A program made the translations under genes and the position numbers. This document shows positions 28,388-37,792 of a stretch of 64,000 nt of DNA, in pieces. The notes under the pieces are model-generated. The model was not told where the DNA came from, did no database searches, and saw nothing but the letters and a program-made list of their open reading frames with translations. This stretch comes from Phycisphaeraceae bacterium. GTDB taxonomy: Bacteria > Planctomycetota > Phycisphaerae > Phycisphaerales > Phycisphaeraceae. Where the stretch lies: contig OY771506.1 of the NCBI GenBank assembly GCA_963674705.1, forward strand, positions 3,648,001 to 3,712,000, read 5' to 3'. Numbering within the stretch: position 1 is the stretch's first letter; every line of letters starts with the position of its first letter.

Positions 28388-29821
28388 GTGAGTAACCTGA
28401 TCGAGCCCGAAGAACGCGTCCTCTCGACGCTGGAGAAAGACGGTTCAAGACGTTGGCTGTACCCGAGGTTGTCGCAAGGCAACTTCCTGCTCAAGCGACG
28501 CATCGTTGCCTACGCGCTGATCCTGATCTTCACGCTCATCCCGTATATCAAGCTCAACGGCAAACCGCTGATCCTGCTCGATGTCATCAACCGTGAATTC
28601 ACGATCCTCGGTTACACCTTCCTGCCGACCGACACGATCCTGCTTGCCTTGTTCATCGTCGCGGTGATCGTCGGTATCTTCCTGATGACCGCGCTGTTCG
28701 GCCGCGTCTGGTGCGGCTGGGCCTGCCCCCAGACCGTCTACATGGAATTCGTCTATCGCCCGATCGAACGCTTATTTGAAGGCACGAAAGGCAAGGGCGG
28801 TAAACCTCGCGGACAGGTCGAAGGCTGGCGCAAAATCGCCAAGTTCGTCGTCTACTTCTTTGTCTCCACCTTCCTCGCGCATACCTTCATCGCTTACTTC
28901 GTCGGCGTCGACAATCTGATCAAGTGGATGACCGGTTCGCCTTTTAATCACCCCGTCGCGTTCCTCGTCATGGCGGCTGTCACCGCGCTGATGATGTTCG
29001 ACTTCGGCTACTTCCGTGAACAAACCTGCATCATCGCCTGCCCCTACGGACGCTTACAGTCCGTCATGCTCGACCGCCAATCACTGATCGTCACCTACGA
29101 CAAGAACCGCGGCGAACCTAGAGGCAAAGTACGCAAAGGCGAAGCGGACGACAAAGGTGATTGTGTTGACTGTCACTTGTGTGTCGACACCTGTCCGACC
29201 GGCATCGACATCCGTGACGGCCTGCAACTGGAATGCATCGGCTGCGCCCAGTGTATCGACGCCTGCGCCCCCGTCATGGCAAAGCTCGGCCGCGATCCCG
29301 GCCTCATCCGCTACAGCACGCAAGCAACCATGGAAGGGCAGAAGCAACGCTTCATCCGCCCACGCGTCATCTTCTACCCCGCGATCATGCTGATCGTCAT
29401 CACCTTGTTCAGCGTGTTGTTCTTCAACAAGGGAACAGCAGATGTATTGATGCTGCGCAACTTCGGCAATCCATACACCGTGTTGGAAGATGGACAGATC
29501 GCAAACTCGATGCGCTTGAAGATAACAAACCGTACTGGTGATACTGCAAGCTACACCATTGCGCCGGCCGACGAACGCATTACGCGTATCGACCTTGCAG
29601 AGAACCCTGTGCAAGTTGAGTCCGGCGAATCGGTTACCGAAGGCGTACTGGTTGTCGTACCACGTTCCGTGTTCACCGTCGGCGCGATCGATGTGAACCT
29701 GCGTGTAACGGATGGCAACGACTACGATGAGATGATCCACTGCCGCTTGTTGGGCCCTGTAGGTTCAGCGTCGGCAACAGTTTCGGTTGAGACTGAGGAA
29801 GAAGCGGAGATGCAGCCGTGA
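28388..29821 (+). CDS. ccoG: Cytochrome c oxidase accessory protein CcoG/FixG
   Basis: GRVWCGWACPQTV, CIIACPYGRLQ, CVDCHLCVDTCPTGIDIR, ECIGCAQCIDAC. Confidence 0.95.
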   Translation: MSNLIEPEERVLSTLEKDGSRRWLYPRLSQGNFLLKRRIVAYALILIFTLIPYIKLNGKPLILLDVINREFTILGYTFLPTDTILLALFIVAVIVGIFLMTALFGRVWCGWACPQTVYMEFVYRPIERLFEGTKGKGGKPRGQVEGWRKIAKFVVYFFVSTFLAHTFIAYFVGVDNLIKWMTGSPFNHPVAFLVMAAVTALMMFDFGYFREQTCIIACPYGRLQSVMLDRQSLIVTYDKNRGEPRGKVRKGEADDKGDCVDCHLCVDTCPTGIDIRDGLQLECIGCAQCIDACAPVMAKLGRDPGLIRYSTQATMEGQKQRFIRPRVIFYPAIMLIVITLFSVLFFNKGTADVLMLRNFGNPYTVLEDGQIANSMRLKITNRTGDTASYTIAPADERITRIDLAENPVQVESGESVTEGVLVVVPRSVFTVGAIDVNLRVTDGNDYDEMIHCRLLGPVGSASATVSVETEEEAEMQP

Positions 29822-30363
29822 GTGAGCAAGGCGCGACAGATCCGAAGCCGCAACAGCCCGGCAAACCGCCTAAGTACTGGATCTGGCCGGCGATTATCGT
29901 CGGTCTGCTGGCGGTTCATACGCTTGCCATGCTGATCGTCATCATGATCGCGACGAACAACCCGTCCGAAGCGGTTGTCAGCGACTATCACGCCAAGGCG
30001 GTCGCCTGGGATGAGCATCAAGCGCAAGTCCGTGCCAGTGAAGCACTTGGCTGGACTGTTGCGGTCGAAGCCTCCCCACAGCCGGACCTGTTGAACCAGC
30101 GGACTGTGCGAATCAGTCTCAAAGATGCAGATGCAAATTCGTTGACCGATGCCAAAGTGCATCTCAAAGCGTATCATCATGCACGGGCTGCGGACATCAA
30201 GGAAGCGGATGTCGAAGAACGCGCGCCCGGTGAGTACATCGTGATGATCGACATGCGGCGTAACGGCATGTGGGCGTTCGAGATAGAAGCGCACAAAGAT
30301 GAAGACACCTTCATCACGCGCATCGATCAACAGGTCGGCCCGACCAAGTACGGCACGCCATGA
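29818..30363 (+). CDS. ccoH: FixH/CcoH family protein
   Basis: WPAIIVGLL...TM...DYHAKAVAWD...ALGW followed by a YtkA-like beta domain; operon position. Confidence 0.75.
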   Translation: MSEQGATDPKPQQPGKPPKYWIWPAIIVGLLAVHTLAMLIVIMIATNNPSEAVVSDYHAKAVAWDEHQAQVRASEALGWTVAVEASPQPDLLNQRTVRISLKDADANSLTDAKVHLKAYHHARAADIKEADVEERAPGEYIVMIDMRRNGMWAFEIEAHKDEDTFITRIDQQVGPTKYGTP

Positions 30364-31166
30364 CCCTTTCCATCTTCGCCATCCTGATCGCCAGCCTCGT
30401 CGGCAGCCTGCATTGTGTAGGCATGTGCGGCGCGTTCGTCGCCTTCGCGGTCGGCACGGATGATAAGCCCGGTTGGCGCAATAAGTTCCTGTTATCCGCT
30501 GCGTACAACGGCGGACGCCTGGTCACCTACAGCATCCTCGGCGCGATCGCCGGCACACTCGGCCACGTCCTGGACCTCGGCGGGAAGTACGTCGGCATCC
30601 AGCAAGCCGCCGCGATCATGGCGGGCGTCGTCATGATCGTGTTCGGAATCGTTGCCTTACTTAAAGTTAAAGGCGTTCGGCTTCCCAAAACGCCGCTGCC
30701 GAAGTTCCTGGTAAAGATTGTTGCGCTAGGACAAGGCCTGGCCATGGCGATGCGACCGCTGCCCCGGGCGCTGACCATCGGCTTGCTGACGACGCTTCTA
30801 CCTTGTGGCTGGCTCTATGCTTACGCGTTTGTGGCGGCGGGCACGGGCAGCCCGGTGTACGGCGCGTTGACCATGGCGATCTTCTGGCTGGGCACGTTGC
30901 CTTATCTTGTCGCCGTGGGTGTCGGGGTGCAGAGTCTGGCCGGTGTGTTAGGCAGGCATCTGCCGGCGGCGACCGCCATATTGATTGTGCTGGTAGGGAT
31001 TTACACCGTCTTCTATCGGCTGGATCTATCCAACGCGGTCTACGCCCAGACCGACCAGGTGGATTATGAATCGCTGACGCCTGAAGAAGCCGCCGAATTA
31101 AATCAGCGGATGATCAGTGAATTGCCACCCTGTTGTGTCACCGATGACGAATCCAAACAAGACTGA
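30360..31166 (+). CDS. DsbD_2 / TauE-SafE-like membrane protein of cco clusters
   Basis: GSLHCVGMCG, YNGGRLVTY, LLPCGWLY, FWLGTLP. Confidence 0.88.
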   Translation: MTLSIFAILIASLVGSLHCVGMCGAFVAFAVGTDDKPGWRNKFLLSAAYNGGRLVTYSILGAIAGTLGHVLDLGGKYVGIQQAAAIMAGVVMIVFGIVALLKVKGVRLPKTPLPKFLVKIVALGQGLAMAMRPLPRALTIGLLTTLLPCGWLYAYAFVAAGTGSPVYGALTMAIFWLGTLPYLVAVGVGVQSLAGVLGRHLPAATAILIVLVGIYTVFYRLDLSNAVYAQTDQVDYESLTPEEAAELNQRMISELPPCCVTDDESKQD

Positions 31167-33765
31167 TCCCCGGGAAGCTTCGCAACCGCCGCTTGACGCT
31201 GCGCCGGATAGTACGCTTGTGTCAAACGACGCGCAAGATATCCACCACTCAACGGGCGCACAGTCCTGTCGTGTTTATACCCCGTGCGCACACTGCGGGC
31301 TGCCGGTTCCCAAGGGTCGGATCGATCCCGAGGCCGAGGATGGATTGCAATTCTGTTGCGGCGGGTGCGAAGCGGTCTACGCGGTCATCAACAAGCTCGG
31401 ATTAAGTTCTTACTACAAGCTGCGGCAGAAGCAGGAGGTCGAACAACAACCTGCCAAGACGACCGGCGCGGGTTACCAGGCGTTTGATCATCCGGAATTC
31501 ATCGAGCGCTGCTGCGAAGATCGCGCGGATGGATCAAGGACAACGAGTTTCTATCTTGAAGGTGTGCACTGCGCTGCGTGTTTGTGGTTGGTTGAGAAGT
31601 TGCCGACGGTTGTGCCGGGCGTGATCGAGTCGCGGCTGAACATGGGTAAGTCGCTTGTGCGATTGACGTGGGACCCGAAGCAGGTCGAGTTATCGAAGAT
31701 CGCTGCGGCGCTTGATTCACTGGGTTATCCGCCGCATCCGGCGCGCGATGTGCAGGCGGATGCGGTGGTGACGCGCGAGAATCGGCGTGAGCTGATACGC
31801 ATCGCCGTGGCAGGGTCAGCGATGGGCAACGCGATGATCCTGGCGATCTGCCTTTATCAAGGCTACTTCACGGGGATCGAAGATCAGTATGCAACACTAT
31901 TCCGTTGGGTTGGGATGGGTTTAGCGCTCGTTGCATTAGTATGGCCCGGCGCGGTTTTCTTCCGGGGCGCGTGGTCTGCGATACGCACGCGCACCGCACA
32001 CATGGACCTGCCGATCGCGATGGGTTTACTCGCAGGCGGCGCAGCGGGAACGGTTAATACGATCACCGGTCGCGGCGAGGTGTACTTCGATACGCTGGCG
32101 GTGCTGGTATTTCTGCTATTAGTCGGACGCGCGATTCAACGCAGGCAACAACGACGTGCTGCGGATGCGGTCGAACAACTGTTTCGGTTAACGCCCGTTG
32201 CGGCAAGGCGTGTTGAAGAAGATGGCAAGTTGACCGAGGTGCCGATCGAAGCATTACGCGCCGATGATGTGGTGGAACTGCACGCCGGCGAATCCGTGCC
32301 GGTCGATGGAAGAATCGTTGAAGGGGTAAGCGAAGTCGATGAATCGCTACTGACCGGTGAATCCCGCCCCGTGAAAGTGAATCAGGATGCATCCGTACAT
32401 GCGGGCAGCGTGAACCTGACATCGACGGTGCGTATCCGCGTTGAAGCAACAGGCGAACGGACGCGCGTCGGCGCGCTGATGAGTCTGATCGAACAAAGCG
32501 CGCAGAGCAAAGCGCCGGCGGTGCAGACAGCGGACAAGATCGCCGGTTGGTTTGTGGTTGTCGTGGTGACGCTTGCGTTTGTGACGTTTGGCTACTGGCT
32601 GATGCGCGACCCGGTGCATGCGGCGGATCACGCGGTGGCGCTGCTGATCGTGGCGTGCCCGTGTGCGTTGGGATTGGCGACGCCGTTGACGCTTGCGGTG
32701 ACGATCGGCCGGGCTGCGGGGCGGGGCGTATTGATCAAAGGTGGCGCAGCGCTTGAACGCATGGCAGAAGCCGGAACGATCCTGCTGGATAAGACGGGAA
32801 CGGTAACGCTGGGGAAGACAGCGTTAGTTGAATGGCATGGCGACGAATCGATTCAGTCGATGGTCGCTGCGGTCGAAGCACATTCCTCGCACCGGATCGC
32901 CAAGGCGCTGGTCGAAGGGATAGGTGAGTATCCGGATGACATCGTCGCAACGGATGTAAGCCAGACCAACGACGGGGGGATTATGGGAACGGTGGGCGGG
33001 CATACACTCACTATTGGATCGCTTGACTTCGTTAATAAACATGCGCTTCAGAAACAGGGTCAGCTTCAGAAACAGGGTCAGACCCCGTTTTCGGAGCATG
33101 TGCTTCAGAAACAGGGTCAGACACCGTTTTCGCAGCACATTCATGCGTACACCGAGGCGAGTCTGACGCCGGTGTTGATCGCGGTGGATGGTGAGATCAA
33201 AGCGGTGGCGGGGTTGGGGGATGCGGTTCGGCCTGACGCGGCGGAGGCGGTTGCGTCGCTGCGTGATCTTGGCTGGAAGGTCGGGATGGTGTCGGGCGAT
33301 CATGTGGATGTGGTCAGGCACGTCGGCGAAACACTCGGGATCGAGCCGGAGATGATCCACGGCAACGTGATGCCCGAGCAGAAGGTCGAACTTGTCAGAC
33401 GCTACAGCGAAAAGGAGCCGGTTGTGATGGTCGGTGACGGCGTGAATGACGCGGCGGCGCTGGCGAGCGCGACGGTTGGGATTGCGGTGCACGGCGGCGC
33501 GGAGGCGAGCCTGGCGGCGGCGGATATCTATCTTGCCAAGCCCGGATTGAGCCAGATCGTAGGTCTGACGTTTGCGGCGGCGCGGGTGAAACGCAGTATC
33601 CGCCGTGGCCTGGGCGTGTCGCTGGCGTACAATGCTATCGGCGTGAGCCTGGCTGCGACGGGGATCATCAACCCGCTGATCGCGGCGATACTGATGCCGA
33701 TCAGCTCGCTGACGGTCCTGTCGCTGGCGGTGAGCACCCGCGCATTTGCGCGGAAGGAGGCATAA
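31144..33765 (+). CDS. ccoI: Copper-translocating P1B-type ATPase CcoI/FixI
   Basis: CAHCGLPV...FCCGGC, HCAAC, TGES, ACPCALGLATP, DKTGT, MVGDGVND. Start is ATG 31144 or GTG 31117. Confidence 0.93.
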   Translation: MTNPNKTDPREASQPPLDAAPDSTLVSNDAQDIHHSTGAQSCRVYTPCAHCGLPVPKGRIDPEAEDGLQFCCGGCEAVYAVINKLGLSSYYKLRQKQEVEQQPAKTTGAGYQAFDHPEFIERCCEDRADGSRTTSFYLEGVHCAACLWLVEKLPTVVPGVIESRLNMGKSLVRLTWDPKQVELSKIAAALDSLGYPPHPARDVQADAVVTRENRRELIRIAVAGSAMGNAMILAICLYQGYFTGIEDQYATLFRWVGMGLALVALVWPGAVFFRGAWSAIRTRTAHMDLPIAMGLLAGGAAGTVNTITGRGEVYFDTLAVLVFLLLVGRAIQRRQQRRAADAVEQLFRLTPVAARRVEEDGKLTEVPIEALRADDVVELHAGESVPVDGRIVEGVSEVDESLLTGESRPVKVNQDASVHAGSVNLTSTVRIRVEATGERTRVGALMSLIEQSAQSKAPAVQTADKIAGWFVVVVVTLAFVTFGYWLMRDPVHAADHAVALLIVACPCALGLATPLTLAVTIGRAAGRGVLIKGGAALERMAEAGTILLDKTGTVTLGKTALVEWHGDESIQSMVAAVEAHSSHRIAKALVEGIGEYPDDIVATDVSQTNDGGIMGTVGGHTLTIGSLDFVNKHALQKQGQLQKQGQTPFSEHVLQKQGQTPFSQHIHAYTEASLTPVLIAVDGEIKAVAGLGDAVRPDAAEAVASLRDLGWKVGMVSGDHVDVVRHVGETLGIEPEMIHGNVMPEQKVELVRRYSEKEPVVMVGDGVNDAAALASATVGIAVHGGAEASLAAADIYLAKPGLSQIVGLTFAAARVKRSIRRGLGVSLAYNAIGVSLAATGIINPLIAAILMPISSLTVLSLAVSTRAFARKEA
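33045..33140 (+). repeat. In-frame tandem duplication containing a palindrome inside ccoI
   Basis: GCTTCAGAAACAGGGTCAG x3; 39-bp unit x2; encodes LQKQGQ-LQKQGQTPFSEHV-LQKQGQTPFSQH. Confidence 0.85.
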
Positions 33766-33767
33766 GC

Positions 33768-33914
33768 ATGAACGTGGTCTACGTGGTTCTACCTGTTGCG
33801 ATCGTGCTCGCCATCGGTTTTGTGGCCGCCTTTATCTGGGCGACGCGAAACGGTCAGTATGATGACATGGACAGCCCCTCGGTGCGTATGCTGCATGATG
33901 AGGAGGATGAGTAG
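33768..33914 (+). CDS. ccoS: cbb3-type oxidase maturation protein CcoS/FixS
   Basis: 48 aa, below the ORF-track cut-off: MNVVYVVLPVAIVLAIGFVAAFIWATRNGQYDDMDSPSVRMLHDEEDE. GGAGG upstream. Confidence 0.92.
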   Translation: MNVVYVVLPVAIVLAIGFVAAFIWATRNGQYDDMDSPSVRMLHDEEDE

Positions 33915-33924
33915 GGGGTGGGAA

Positions 33925-34046
33925 GCACGAATGGCGAAGTTCGAATGACGAATTATTGTCGAATGATTTAATGACTAATGTCGGATCGTTGGTTTTGGAC
34001 ATTTGGCATTTGAGCATTCATTCGTCATTCGTGGATCCGATATTCG
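33925..34046. repeat. Inverted-repeat element built of GAATGAC-like heptamers
   Basis: CGAATGACGAAT (33942-53) / ATTCGTCATTCG (34020-31). Related to 49728-49882 and ~18796-18930. Confidence 0.75.
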
Positions 34047-34162
34047 CTATTTTGCCGTGTGGGAAACGAATTATCTTGAGACAAACGAAAGCAGACCCGA
34101 CCAGGATGGTCGGGCTATATAGGCATATACTGGGGTGGTTACAATATCTGTCTTGAAGCAAG

Positions 34163-34516
34163 CTACTCAACATGCCAGTTAAGAGGTTGCTCTTCATCAG
34201 GTCCGATATAGACTTCAAAGTCGATGTTATGCATTCGTAACTGAACTTCCAGATCTTGAAGTGTCGGGTATATCTCGCGGGGAGGTATATACTGGCAATA
34301 AAGCATAAATACGATCGGTTTCCCAATGTACTCCTTATATTCGGATATCTGGTCGCTGAATATAAATGCCAGGTATTGATTGATTTTATTGTGTAAATCA
34401 GCGATCATTTCTGAGCAGTCATACCAATCTCGCTCCTCATACATCCGCATACAAACACAACCCCTGTTTATATTGGTGCCGATTGCATCGATGACATTTG
34501 GATCACTGACAGGCAT
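34163..34516 (-). CDS. Hypothetical protein resembling DUF6572
   Basis: SDPNVIDAIG...MYEERDW...DLHNKINQYLAFIFSDQI pattern; AT-rich; flanked by 26-bp direct repeats (34095-34120, 34629-34654). Confidence 0.6.
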   Translation of the reverse strand: MPVSDPNVIDAIGTNINRGCVCMRMYEERDWYDCSEMIADLHNKINQYLAFIFSDQISEYKEYIGKPIVFMLYCQYIPPREIYPTLQDLEVQLRMHNIDFEVYIGPDEEQPLNWHVE

Positions 34517-34947
34517 TGTTTGTTCATTTCAATCGTGCATGTATTCAAACTAAGCGATAAGATAGACCATAATTTTAGTCTGATGCAACCAGCGAGTTGT
34601 AAGATGAACTTCTATCTGTAATGTCCATACCCGACCGGGATGGTCGGGCTATATGAGGACGACCCGCGATGGCATCGCGGGCTTTGTGTTGGCAACATGT
34701 GTGTATGGATACGGCAATGGCATCCGTGCGATTCCGCCGGGTAAGTTCGGGGTGATGTGGGGCTATATGGGGATGTACCAGGTGGTTACATTTCTTAATT
34801 GAAGCGGGAGCGGGACGTTAGGAGGGGGATTCCCCGGCTTTGAAACAGGTTTCACACTAAAATAGCCATTTATCCGGATCGGTTTGTCATATCCGGTCAT
34901 GTGCTCCGTCTTTGTTGTTGAGGTCTAACCCCTTTGAGGCTCACATC

Positions 34948-35520
34948 ATGAAAGAAAGACCCACATCCGTCACCGTGTTCGCGATCATTAATCTTGTCAT
35001 GGCTGGAATGGGATTGTTGCTTTGGATTGTCGGCATGATTTTCATGCTCGGATTGATCAAGCTGCCTGAGCAGGCCGGGCCTAATCCTGCGATGGAGATG
35101 ATGGAGACCAGCACGGGGTTTCAGATATACAGTTACGTAACATCCGGATTTCATCTGCTGGCAACGATCCTGATCATTTCCGCTTCGATAGGGATGTTTA
35201 CCTTGCAGCCGTGGGCGAGGAAGGGCACGATTGTCTGGGCGGTCTACTCGATCGTGTCCAAGGTGGTGACGACTACCGTGCAGCACGTATTGTTTACGAT
35301 ACCGATGTTGAATGACGTGACGGATGATATCCAGCGCACCGGCATGATTGTGGGTGCGGTGGTTGGGGGTGTCTTCATCCTCATGCTGATTGGTTATCAT
35401 CTGTTGCTGATTTACATGATGACCCGACCTCATGTGGTGGATGCGTTTACGCCTGAGCCGGAGGATGAAACACTAGTGGGTTGGGGTAATGAAGATTTGC
35501 CGGAAGGAAATGAAGCGTGA
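34948..35520 (+). CDS. Hypothetical 4-TM membrane protein, first gene of the exporter operon
   Basis: RPTSVTVFAIINLV...WARKG...MTRPHV. Its stop overlaps the next start (GTGA). Confidence 0.75.
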   Translation: MKERPTSVTVFAIINLVMAGMGLLLWIVGMIFMLGLIKLPEQAGPNPAMEMMETSTGFQIYSYVTSGFHLLATILIISASIGMFTLQPWARKGTIVWAVYSIVSKVVTTTVQHVLFTIPMLNDVTDDIQRTGMIVGAVVGGVFILMLIGYHLLLIYMMTRPHVVDAFTPEPEDETLVGWGNEDLPEGNEA

Positions 35521-37022
35521 AGATCATAATCGGCGTGACAATCGGCGTCATCGTGCTTGTCGTGGGGGTAGTCGGCATCGTCGCGATGGTCGCGGGTGGT
35601 GCGGCCGGCGACGGCGAGGGCGGCGGCTTTGGCACGAAGGTGCGGCTTGAGAAGGTGCAACAGGGGCAACTGATCGAGACGGTGGTGGCGCCGGGGCAGG
35701 TGAAGCCTGCGACGAACGTGGCGATCAGCGCGCGCGTGTCGGCCCGTATCAAAGAGATCCCGCATGATGAAGGCGAGCAGGTCACGAAGGGTGATCCGAA
35801 CGCGAACCCGCCGATCCCGGCAAGTGTGTTGATCCGGCTGGATTCGGAGGACCTTGAGGCACGTTTGCGATCTGCCAAGGCCCGGCGCGATGGCCAGGAA
35901 GCGCAGATCGAGGTGGATAAGAAGCGGATCGAGGCCCAGGAGGCATCGCTGCGGGGGACGCTGGCGACGCTCAACGAGGCAGAGCGGAATCTCGATCGGC
36001 ATCGTGAGATGGTGTCGGCGGGGGATGTGAGTCAGACGGCCTACGAGCAGGCACAGGAACATTATGACGGACTAAAAGCCCAGTACGAATCTTCGGCAGC
36101 GAACATTGATGCAGCGAAGCGGGCGATCAAGGTGTCGGAATACAACCTGATCGCGGCAGATGCGGATATCGAGCAGGCGGAGGATAACCTGAGTTACACG
36201 ACGATCGTTTCGCCGATCGATGGGGTGGTGACGAAGGTGAACGTTGAGCCGGGCGAGTTGGCGGTGACGGGGACGATGAATAATCCGGGGACGGTGCTGC
36301 TTGAGGTGGCGGATTTATCGAAGATGCTGGTTGTTGCGGAGCTTGACGAGGCGGATGTCGGGCGTGTGCTGGAAGGGCAGCCGGCGAAGGTGCGGATGCT
36401 GGCGTATCCGGATCGTGTGTTTGACGGCAAGGTGCTGTCGGTAGCGCTATCGGCAACGCGCGGGGGGACGAACTACTTTGATACCGAGATATTGCTGGAT
36501 ACCGAAGGGGACCAGATCTATACGGGCCTGACCGCGGATGCGGAGATCGAGGTGGCGCGTCATGACACGATCATGATCGTACCGAGCCAGGCGGTGTTGG
36601 GCAGGCCGATCGAGGAGTTGCCTTTTGATATCCGGGACAACAACGAGTATGTCGATCAGAGCAAGACGATCGTGACGGTGGTGTACCGTTTTGTGGATGG
36701 CAAGGCGGTGATCACGCCGGTGAAGATCGGGCCTTCAGATGTGACGCACACGATCATCCTGGGCGGGCTCGAAGAAGGGGAGCAGGTCGTGGTCGGGCCA
36801 TACAAGGCGCTTGAATCGATGAAGCACGATCAAAACTTGAAGGACGAGCGTGAAGAGCAGAAGAAGGAAGACGAGAAGGCTGCAAGCGAAGGCGAAGCCA
36901 AAGCGGATGATGTGAAAGCGAAGGACGCTGAATCTGAGAAGGCCAAAGAGCCTGCGGATGATGAAGCGAGCGATGAGGTTGAGCCTGTCGAAGCAGAAGC
37001 GCCTGTGGGCGTGGGGTCTTGA
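35517..37022 (+). CDS. MacA-like periplasmic adaptor (membrane fusion protein)
   Basis: N-terminal TM, ISARVSARI...EGEQVTKG, coiled coil, TTIVSPIDGVV, AELDEADVG. Confidence 0.9.
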   Translation: MKIIIGVTIGVIVLVVGVVGIVAMVAGGAAGDGEGGGFGTKVRLEKVQQGQLIETVVAPGQVKPATNVAISARVSARIKEIPHDEGEQVTKGDPNANPPIPASVLIRLDSEDLEARLRSAKARRDGQEAQIEVDKKRIEAQEASLRGTLATLNEAERNLDRHREMVSAGDVSQTAYEQAQEHYDGLKAQYESSAANIDAAKRAIKVSEYNLIAADADIEQAEDNLSYTTIVSPIDGVVTKVNVEPGELAVTGTMNNPGTVLLEVADLSKMLVVAELDEADVGRVLEGQPAKVRMLAYPDRVFDGKVLSVALSATRGGTNYFDTEILLDTEGDQIYTGLTADAEIEVARHDTIMIVPSQAVLGRPIEELPFDIRDNNEYVDQSKTIVTVVYRFVDGKAVITPVKIGPSDVTHTIILGGLEEGEQVVVGPYKALESMKHDQNLKDEREEQKKEDEKAASEGEAKADDVKAKDAESEKAKEPADDEASDEVEPVEAEAPVGVGS

Positions 37023-37792
37023 AGCCGATGCTGATCCAATTACACAAACTGACCAAGGTTTACAAGGTCGGCGTGGAGCGCGTTCACGCTTTGGCCGGGG
37101 TTGATCTTGATGTCGGCAAGAACGAGTTCGTCGCGATCATGGGTGCGTCGGGTTCGGGCAAGAGCACGCTGATGAACGTGCTGGGTTGTCTGGATCGGCC
37201 GACGTCGGGTGGGTACAAGCTGGCGGGCAAGCGTACGGATCGGATGAGTGCGGCCGAGTTAGCCAAGACGCGGAACCAGCGGATCGGGTTTGTGTTTCAG
37301 TCGTTCGAGTTGATGCCGAGGTTAAGCGCGTTGTGGAACGTGGCGATGCCTTTGACGTATTCGCAGACGCGTTGGCGTGAGCGCAAGGCGAGGTCGATGG
37401 ATGTGCTGAAGCGCGTGGGGCTGGAGGATCGTGCGACGCACAGGCCGAACCAATTATCCGGCGGGCAGAAGCAGCGCGTGGCGATCGCGCGGGCGCTGAT
37501 TAATAACCCGAACATCGTGCTGGCGGATGAGCCGACGGGGAACCTGGACAGCAAAACGAGCGGCGAGATCCTGGAGCTGTTCGTGCGGCTGCACGAGGAA
37601 GGGCAAACGATCATCATGGTGACGCACGAGACGGATGTTGCGTCGCATGCAAGCCGGATCGTGCGGATGAGCGACGGGTTGATCGTTTCGGATTTGCCTG
37701 CTGATGAAGATGAGCAGACGCGAGAGCTGCATAAGAAGCTCATGGCAGAACGTAAACGCAAGTATGCCGGCGTGGAAGGGGGCGAAGCATGA
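37019..37792 (+). CDS. MacB/LolD-type ABC transporter ATP-binding protein
   Basis: GASGSGKS, LSGGQKQRVAIARAL, LADEPTGNLD, VTHE. Confidence 0.95.
   Translation: MKPMLIQLHKLTKVYKVGVERVHALAGVDLDVGKNEFVAIMGASGSGKSTLMNVLGCLDRPTSGGYKLAGKRTDRMSAAELAKTRNQRIGFVFQSFELMPRLSALWNVAMPLTYSQTRWRERKARSMDVLKRVGLEDRATHRPNQLSGGQKQRVAIARALINNPNIVLADEPTGNLDSKTSGEILELFVRLHEEGQTIIMVTHETDVASHASRIVRMSDGLIVSDLPADEDEQTRELHKKLMAERKRKYAGVEGGEA

Noticed and set aside
34095..34654. Palindromic 26-bp repeats as CRISPR repeats or integron attC sites
   Set aside because: Only two copies, ~530 bp apart; no RYYYAAC/GTTRRRY core ends; no integrase in the window.
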